Virus record (IMG/VR): IMGVR_UViG_2724679514_000002
Location: 5,998 to 69,997 of that record
DNA: 64,000 nt
Strand: one strand, 5' to 3'
DNA from: a virus
Taxonomy: Duplodnaviria; Caudoviricetes
This document shows, piece by piece, positions 57,948 through 64,000 of the stretch (its first letter is position 1; each line of letters opens with the position of its first letter). The notes under the pieces were generated by a model. The model was not told the origin of the DNA. It saw nothing but the letters and a program-made list of their open reading frames with translations, and did no database searches. The position numbers were made by a program, and so were the translations under genes.

Positions 57948-58652
57948 ATGTCTGCGCATTCTTTTAATATCCTTGGTTTATCTTCAGAGTTATCAGTATA
58001 TGATAAAAACCTAAAATATGGTTATCTTGCCAGATACTTTACCCCAGTCACGAAATCAAAACAAAATCCATTTATGACAGTTGAGGCGTATCGTAAGCAA
58101 ACGTATTCTCCTAATATATTAAATTACAAAGAAGGAATATCTAAGGCCATAGGCTTTTTTGTTTTTGGAATGAAAAAATTTCTTGATAATATATTAGAGT
58201 TACATAATGAAACAAATGCTATTTTAATACCAGTGCCATCTTCAAAAGCAAAAAATGACCCTTTTTATAATAATCAACCAAAGGGTGTTAAATTTGATAG
58301 AAACAGAGATGACAGAAATATAATATTCGTAAATCGCATTTGTAAACTTGATAGTAAATATAAATGTGTCGATGCGATTTATCGAGTTACTTCAAAAAAA
58401 GAAAAAGAAAGGATTGCTGTTGAAAATTATATAAGTGATTTAGAAATTAGGTATGCCGAGAAGTTGGATGGAAAATGTATCATTCTGATTGACGATATTA
58501 AAACTAATGGGATAACTTTTGAAGCATGTTCTAGATTGATCGAAAATCATATTTCATCAGGTCTGTTGATAACTATTGCGATTGGTCAAACTAGATCCCA
58601 TGAGAGTTTTAAAAATACACCAAATGAAATATTAGAGCCCGATTATTTTTAA
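57948..58652 (+). CDS. phosphoribosyltransferase (ComF-like)
   Basis: LIPVPSS; IILIDDIKTNGITF PRPP-binding loop. Confidence 0.85.
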   Translation: MSAHSFNILGLSSELSVYDKNLKYGYLARYFTPVTKSKQNPFMTVEAYRKQTYSPNILNYKEGISKAIGFFVFGMKKFLDNILELHNETNAILIPVPSSKAKNDPFYNNQPKGVKFDRNRDDRNIIFVNRICKLDSKYKCVDAIYRVTSKKEKERIAVENYISDLEIRYAEKLDGKCIILIDDIKTNGITFEACSRLIENHISSGLLITIAIGQTRSHESFKNTPNEILEPDYF

Positions 58653-58858
58653 TAAGATATACACTTGCAAAAACGGTAGAGGGCATGTCTATCTTATTAT
58701 AGAAAGCTTGCTTGATATTAAATTGACATAAAAAGTATTATTGATATTATCCATTGGCGAGGGCCTCTAACAGGAGACATAATATAGATAATTATTAACA
58801 AAATTGGAGCAGTTAAAGTCTTGTAAACTGCTAATCATTTGTTTATTATATAAAAGCT

Positions 58859-59410
58859 ATGCAAACCGTAAAACAAAGTGGCATCCATCCTTATAAACGA
58901 GAAGATATTACGTACGTGAGGCCTTCTCCCATTCAGGCTAGTAAATCTGCGATCAGTAATTTCGCCGAAAAAATAGCTCAGAAATTGCAATTCCGACCTG
59001 GGAATGCGTTTGATGATGTTATTTTAAGATTAGGTGGCAAAATACACTATCTATATCCGGAGCAATTGGAAGCGACTGAAAGCGGATCAATTTTAGTTCA
59101 TAAAGTTTGTGATTTCGAAATTTTCTTATCAAGTCTTACTGGTTCTTTGCGTGATCGATTTACAATTGCGCATGAATTGGGACATTATTTTCTCCACTCC
59201 GACCAAGGCGAAACGCCGATCCAAGTTGAAAGAAATGGTAGCGATAGGTTGGAATGGGAGGCAAATTGGTTTGCAGCAGCCTTTTTGATGCCTGAGAGTG
59301 AAGTGAAGACTTCATGGGAGAAATATAAAAATATAAGTGTTTTATCGACCTATTTCCAGGTCTCCTATTCAGCAATGTCTGTACGTTTACAAAATTTAAG
59401 TTTAATATAG
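58859..59410 (+). CDS. ImmA/IrrE family metallopeptidase (copy 2)
   Basis: RDRFTIAHELGH; EWEANWFAAAFLMP. Confidence 0.9.
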   Translation: MQTVKQSGIHPYKREDITYVRPSPIQASKSAISNFAEKIAQKLQFRPGNAFDDVILRLGGKIHYLYPEQLEATESGSILVHKVCDFEIFLSSLTGSLRDRFTIAHELGHYFLHSDQGETPIQVERNGSDRLEWEANWFAAAFLMPESEVKTSWEKYKNISVLSTYFQVSYSAMSVRLQNLSLI

Positions 59411-59420
59411 TACAATCCAA

Positions 59421-60353
59421 TTGCCGAGTCCTGCTTCAAGCTTGTCTTTGTTTATTAGTATTGATCTAGTTGGTTCGACTGCATTTAAAAATGGATATAG
59501 AAAAATAGGGAATGAACAGCCTTGGTTAGATTTCTTTGAATCTTTTTACAGAGAAGTGCCTAATCAATTAAAATCATTTATAGGCGCTGAAAAATCTTAC
59601 TGTCCAATAATATGGAAAACTGTAGGAGACGAGATCGTTTTCACTTGCAACATTACTAAAAAAGATCAACCTAAAAATATAATATTAGGTTTATATAATA
59701 CGATAATAAAGTATCATAAAGAATTAGCCTTAAGAGCCTTACCTTTGAAAATTAAAGCTACTGCATGGCTTGTTGGATTTCCTGTAATTAATGCTAAAAT
59801 TAAAATTGAGGATGGGAGTGGTGTTAGAGATGACTATATTGGTCCAAGTGTTGATATAGGTTTTCGATTAACTAAATATGCAGACTCACGTAATTTAATT
59901 CTTTCTGTTGAATTGGCCTACGTATTATCAGATACATTAACTTCTTCCGACGAAGACACCCTATTGGGAGGATTGTTTTTAGAAAAAGAAGAAATTTTAA
60001 AGGGGGCATTTAACGGAATCCCTTATCCTATATTCTCGATTAAAATTCAGGATGAATTTGAAAAAAGTCGATTGAATGTTTTTAAGAAAACCAAAGTTGA
60101 AAATGTCGATTTAAAGAACTACTGTAAAGAATACATTAAACAAGTTAACGATCCTTATGTTATAGTTCTCCCATATATTATATGTCAAAGCGAAGAACCA
60201 TATAATATCATTCCAGGAGCGCATGAAGAAGTAATTCAGAATCTTCTAAAAAAAGAAATGGGAGATTATGAAAAGAATCCGAAACCCGAAGGTATCTTAG
60301 AAACTGGTGAAGAAAAATTGGAAGTTTCAGACGAGATAAAGAAAATGAATTAG
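59421..60353 (+). CDS. class III nucleotide cyclase-like protein (copy 2)
   Basis: FISIDLVGST, WKTVGDE, DYIGPSVDIGFRL, LKGAFNGIPYP. Confidence 0.7.
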   Translation: MPSPASSLSLFISIDLVGSTAFKNGYRKIGNEQPWLDFFESFYREVPNQLKSFIGAEKSYCPIIWKTVGDEIVFTCNITKKDQPKNIILGLYNTIIKYHKELALRALPLKIKATAWLVGFPVINAKIKIEDGSGVRDDYIGPSVDIGFRLTKYADSRNLILSVELAYVLSDTLTSSDEDTLLGGLFLEKEEILKGAFNGIPYPIFSIKIQDEFEKSRLNVFKKTKVENVDLKNYCKEYIKQVNDPYVIVLPYIICQSEEPYNIIPGAHEEVIQNLLKKEMGDYEKNPKPEGILETGEEKLEVSDEIKKMN

Positions 60354-60731
60354 GCCTAACCAGAAAATTTTTTTCTTTATCCCAATTTGAAGAATTATGA
60401 AAGATCACTCTTTTACAAAAAGTAATGTTATATTGCCTTTATTTAATATTGCACTGAGGCCAATGCGCGATCTTGATCCAGAGGAATTGGCAATGTATAA
60501 AGCATTTATCGAATCTAAGAAAAAAATAATCAAGAAATCAATTTTATAAAATAATCTTTCGACCACCTATTTTAAAAAAGCATAAAGTATTTCTCAAACC
60601 AACTCAAACTCTCTTAATTGTAATTTAAATTATGTCACTTTATATAAATTGCAATTAACCAAAACTATTTGACGCCTATGGCATATTTATTTTATTTTGC
60701 CAAAACTAAAATTATATGAGGCAAAAGTTAA

Positions 60732-60944
60732 ATGAATATTAACAAAGCTGTAGATAAACAATTTGAGACTAAAAAACTTTCTGAGATCGCTGATTCACCC
60801 GTATCTGCTCTACAAGGTTTAAGTGAGGGCGATGCGGAATATCTCCAAAAGGCATTTAATGTAAAGACAGTTAGAGATTTTGCGAATTTAAAATATGTCA
60901 AATGGGCTCAATCAATAGTTGCTTTAGCTGACACAGAACAATAA
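60732..60944 (+). CDS. small conserved-looking protein (HhH-like)
   Basis: SPVSALQGLSEGDAEYLQKAFNVKTVRDFA; GAGG SD. Confidence 0.75.
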   Translation: MNINKAVDKQFETKKLSEIADSPVSALQGLSEGDAEYLQKAFNVKTVRDFANLKYVKWAQSIVALADTEQ

Positions 60945-60962
60945 CAACTAGGTGAATCTTAT

Positions 60963-61790
60963 ATGGCAATTCCTACAAAGACATTTGAAAGAGTCACCTC
61001 TGGATTAAAAAAATTTCAACCTATCTTAAATTCTGCAAGAGCAAGAGATGTAAATGAATCTGATACAGTGGTTATAATTACAGATATGCTTTCTGAAGTT
61101 TTTGGGTATGATAAATACTCAGAAATTACCACGGAGCATGTTATTAAAAAAACATTCTGTGATTTGGCCATTAAAATAGATGGCAAAGTTAAACTTTTAA
61201 TTGAGATCAAAGCTATTGGTCTAGAGCTAAAAGATGATCATATAAAACAGGCTGTTGATTACGGCGCAAATGCTGGCATAGAGTGGGTTATATTGACAAA
61301 CGGAATGATATGGCAAATATACAGAATTACATTTTCTAAGCCCATAGATAAAGAACTCGTGTATGAAATTAATTTTTCGAACATTAATCCGAAGAACGAA
61401 AATCATGTAGAACCTGTTTATTATCTTTGTAAAGAGGCACTTGGAAAATCTCTTCTTGACGAGTATCATTCTCAGAAGCAAGCATTAAGTAAATATTATA
61501 TAGGTCAGATGATATTGACTGAAACGATATTGGATGTAATAAAGAGAGAATTAAAACGACTCACTCCAGGTGTTAAGATTGAGAATGAAGAAATTGAAGA
61601 AGTGTTAAAATCTGACATTATCAAAAGAGATGTGTTAGAAGGAGATAAGGCACTGGATGCGAAGAAAAAAATACAGAAAGCTGCTAACACATACCTGAGA
61701 AACTCTTCACCTGTTCAGAAAAAAGAAACGATAACAACAAATAATGAGCCAGAAAAGGAACTCCCCAGTCAGGAACCTGCTTCAACTTAA
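60963..61790 (+). CDS. HsdR N-terminal-like PD-(D/E)xK nuclease
   Basis: NESDT...FCDLAI...LIEIK...QAVDY...ILTNG..W. Confidence 0.8.
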   Translation: MAIPTKTFERVTSGLKKFQPILNSARARDVNESDTVVIITDMLSEVFGYDKYSEITTEHVIKKTFCDLAIKIDGKVKLLIEIKAIGLELKDDHIKQAVDYGANAGIEWVILTNGMIWQIYRITFSKPIDKELVYEINFSNINPKNENHVEPVYYLCKEALGKSLLDEYHSQKQALSKYYIGQMILTETILDVIKRELKRLTPGVKIENEEIEEVLKSDIIKRDVLEGDKALDAKKKIQKAANTYLRNSSPVQKKETITTNNEPEKELPSQEPAST

Positions 61791-61873
61791 TTATTTCTGA
61801 GTAAAAAATTCATCACTCGTAATATAATTAAGTACGGGTGATGGAACATTATCGAATCATATAGTTATCTTAA

Positions 61874-62275
61874 TCACTTCACGAACGTTTCAACAATCGT
61901 CTTAATTTTCTTTAAGTCGTCTGGCTGTATCTTTACAAGCATCTCTGCAATTTCGCATAACGTAGAATTTTTAATAATCTTACGTGATAGTATGATTCCT
62001 TTTTCAATCAGTTTCTTTTCTGCTTCTGTTACATTCGAAGGGGTTGTATTTCTCATGTCGCCTTCGCCTTTAAGTGTCCAGTTCTCCAATATTCCAAACT
62101 TATAATATAGAAGTTTAGCAAGAGTTTCAGACACTTCACGTTCTCCTGAGAGAAGATGAGAAACCTGGCCTTTCGAGATTCCGACCTCCCGGGCAAATTC
62201 GGTATTATTTAGCCCAGTCGAATCAAGAATTATTTTGAAACGAATGTTTTGATGAATAATTTTTTCTGTTTCCAA
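61874..62275 (-). CDS. CI-like XRE repressor (start likely TTG 62275; track 62389)
   Basis: GLNNTEFAREVGISKGQVSHLLSGERE...NWTLKGEGDM; divergent from Cro-like gene; no S24 domain. Confidence 0.8.
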   Translation of the reverse strand: METEKIIHQNIRFKIILDSTGLNNTEFAREVGISKGQVSHLLSGEREVSETLAKLLYYKFGILENWTLKGEGDMRNTTPSNVTEAEKKLIEKGIILSRKIIKNSTLCEIAEMLVKIQPDDLKKIKTIVETFVK

Positions 62276-62288
62276 TGTAAATTTTTGA

Positions 62289-62311
62289 TTGACAATGTTT
62301 ACATGGTAAAC
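62289..62311 (+). promoter_or_regulatory. Cro-side promoter with operator palindrome
   Basis: TTGACA followed by GTTTAC-atg-GTAAAC. Confidence 0.55.
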
Positions 62312-62364
62312 CAGTGTCACCCTAATAGTTATCACTAACGACGCAATTACGGAGAGAATCCTCA

Positions 62365-62625
62365 GTGAGCGGAAAAATTCAAGGAACAAATAGACCCAAT
62401 TCGGTTATGTCGCCTGATGAATGGCGGGAATGGATTAAGGGTGAACTTGCGAAGAGACACAAAAACCTCATGAGCATCAAAACTAAAACCGGACTCTCTT
62501 ACTCTACTGTGCGCGATACACTATCCGGACGTACTTCGAATCCTGCTGTATTGCAGTATCTAAGCGATCTTGGAATCGAACATGGCCGAAATCCCGGGAA
62601 GGCGAGATTTCGCAAAGCAAGCTAA
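62365..62625 (+). CDS. Cro/Ner-like HTH protein
   Basis: IKGELAKRHKNLMSIKTKTGLSYSTVRDTLSGR. Confidence 0.75.
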   Translation: MSGKIQGTNRPNSVMSPDEWREWIKGELAKRHKNLMSIKTKTGLSYSTVRDTLSGRTSNPAVLQYLSDLGIEHGRNPGKARFRKAS

Positions 62626-62654
62626 GCAATATTACAAAAATATAAAACGCTTCC

Positions 62655-62855
62655 GTGAGTTCTCAGAACACGGAGACGAGAATGGAAAATTCGCAGAACA
62701 AAGAGAACGAGGGAAGATACTTTTGGCAATACGACGCAAACGGCGAACCGCACAAAATGAACAGGCTGATGGCGCAACTACAGTGCCTCTACTTGCGTAT
62801 GATGATCGATTGGTTTAGGCCACTGGAAGTACGAGAGAAAGTAGTAAGAACTTGA
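62655..62855 (+). CDS. hypothetical protein (ATG 62682 likely)
   Basis: GGAG SD before ATG 62682; fills the gap in the + operon. Confidence 0.5.
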   Translation: MSSQNTETRMENSQNKENEGRYFWQYDANGEPHKMNRLMAQLQCLYLRMMIDWFRPLEVREKVVRT

Positions 62856-62891
62856 GAGATTTACGGGATATGACGAAGATGGATTTAAGAG

Positions 62892-63149
62892 ATGGCAATA
62901 GAAAAAAGAGCAGTGGCAGACGCCATAAAAAGGCGTCGCCAAAACTTGGACACGGAATCGGCGGATCGAGAAATCCTTATAGAATACATTCGTCAATTTG
63001 TGGATTCACAGCGCGGCAATCAGAAACTCTTGGCCGAAGCCAGTTCTATTCCTCAAAACAAAATTTCGAGCCTTATACGGGAAAAGAATTTTGCTCCAGG
63101 AATGGATTCGATTATAATTTTAGCCGAAGCAATTCAAAAAATCCAGTAA
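62892..63149 (+). CDS. HTH regulator, paralog 1
   Basis: RGNQKLLAEASSIPQNKISSLIRE. Confidence 0.8.
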   Translation: MAIEKRAVADAIKRRRQNLDTESADREILIEYIRQFVDSQRGNQKLLAEASSIPQNKISSLIREKNFAPGMDSIIILAEAIQKIQ

Positions 63150-63164
63150 GTGGATTTTATTTAC

Positions 63165-63190
63165 TTGACGAATATCCACGAGGTGGATAT
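63165..63190 (+). promoter_or_regulatory. promoter with operator ATATCCAC-gag-GTGGATAT
   Basis: TTGACG, palindrome, then TATAT. Confidence 0.6.
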
Positions 63191-63227
63191 ATCAGAGCCC
63201 GGAGAGTCCGGGAAATGGAAACAGAAG

Positions 63228-63485
63228 ATGGCCGAACAGAAAGAAACGATCGATCAAATCATATCGAGACGCGAGATTTGCCTCGATACATTGGAATCAG
63301 ATCGAGAGTCGCTCATCGATCACATACGAAAATATGTCGATTCAAAACGAGGGAATCAGGTTCTCCTTGCGAATGCCAGCGGAATTCCACAGAACAAAAT
63401 TTCAAATCTCATCAGGGGCAATGGATTTCCGCCAGGAATGGAAACAATAGTAGCCCTCGCAAAAACTATCCAAAACATCCAATAA
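63228..63485 (+). CDS. HTH regulator, paralog 2 (start ATG 63228)
   Basis: RGNQVLLANASGIPQNKISNLIRG; same length as paralog 1. Confidence 0.8.
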   Translation: MAEQKETIDQIISRREICLDTLESDRESLIDHIRKYVDSKRGNQVLLANASGIPQNKISNLIRGNGFPPGMETIVALAKTIQNIQ

Positions 63486-63500
63486 CTAAGTATTTTTTAC

Positions 63501-63528
63501 TTGACAAATACTTAGATTCTAAGTATTT
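63501..63528 (+). promoter_or_regulatory. promoter with operator AAATACTTAG-att-CTAAGTATTT
   Basis: TTGACA followed by palindrome. Confidence 0.6.
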
Positions 63529-63664
63529 CAATCACAACAACTACCCGACCAAAAATAAAAAAGCCCGGCTGCAACCGGGCTCCGAGTTAGACAAAAGTCC
63601 AACGACTGACTTCTGTTTATCTCCTCTTTTGTTTGCGGTCAACCAAAAATTTTAGGAGATACCT

Positions 63665-63859
63665 ATGACCCCACATTTCCACCTATCAGACCGCGCCCGA
63701 ATTGCGCTAGAATGTTTTGAGATCCGCAACGGATACAAACCCAATCACAAGGAGCTGGTTGCGATCTTGCAAAATGAGGGATTTAACCTTGCGACAATTG
63801 CATTTTTTATGCAATGCGTCCACACGACTCCCAGGCATTCCGGCGAGGTGTTCGCATGA
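63665..63859 (+). CDS. hypothetical protein
   Basis: AGGAG SD. Confidence 0.7.
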   Translation: MTPHFHLSDRARIALECFEIRNGYKPNHKELVAILQNEGFNLATIAFFMQCVHTTPRHSGEVFA

Positions 63860-63904
63860 TTGCCTTGAGAAAAATCGGATTGAATCCGATAATGGATGAG
63901 AGCC

Positions 63905-64000
63905 ATGTCCAAAAAAGAGACGATAAAACAAATTATCGAACACAGACGGAAGTGTGTGGATTCGGAGCAAGAACACCGCGAAGCGTTGACGGAATATATT
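63905..64000 (+). CDS. HTH regulator paralog 3, 3' truncated by window edge
   Basis: My translation MSKKETIKQIIEHRRKCVDSEQEHREALTEYI aligns with the N-termini of paralogs 1 and 2. Confidence 0.7.
   Translation, partial: MSKKETIKQIIEHRRKCVDSEQEHREALTEYI

Noticed and set aside
62852-63655. 267-aa + strand ORF
   Set aside because: Alternative frame over two clear HTH paralogs and their promoters
1-64000. CRISPR array, tRNA/rRNA, IS transposase, integrase
   Set aside because: No regularly spaced repeats, cloverleaf or catalytic motifs noticed by eye; small RNAs could have been missed

Overview
AT-rich segment of a temperate, contractile-tailed phage that probably replicates as a plasmid. It has parA, a DUF3102/ParB-like partner and an HTH rep, and no integrase is visible. 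Gene families and style suggest a Leptospira LE1-like phage-plasmid (inference). Layout: 1-4.9 kb small early genes (+); 5-45 kb lysis, tail, head and packaging module (mostly -), with a Herelleviridae-like capsid protein, a DarB-like methylase-helicase and several inserted genes; 45-62 kb toxin-antitoxin, replicon and defence-like island; 62-64 kb CI/Cro-like switch with tandem HTH paralogs. Most notable: (1) two divergent copies of a two-gene module I cannot assign to a known system, a stand-alone ImmA/IrrE metallopeptidase plus a class III nucleotide-cyclase-like protein; (2) a 615-aa HAD/pyrophosphatase protein that starts with a copy of the predicted mature capsid N-terminus and carries putative K|S maturation sites; (3) a TTGnnn-N19-TTGTC motif in front of 10 late genes, mostly 6-9 nt from the start codon; (4) a perfect 39-bp inverted repeat bracketing the whole 40-kb late module; (5) a MuF-like gene apparently split into halves 23 kb apart. 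All assignments come from reading motifs by eye; no database searches were run.
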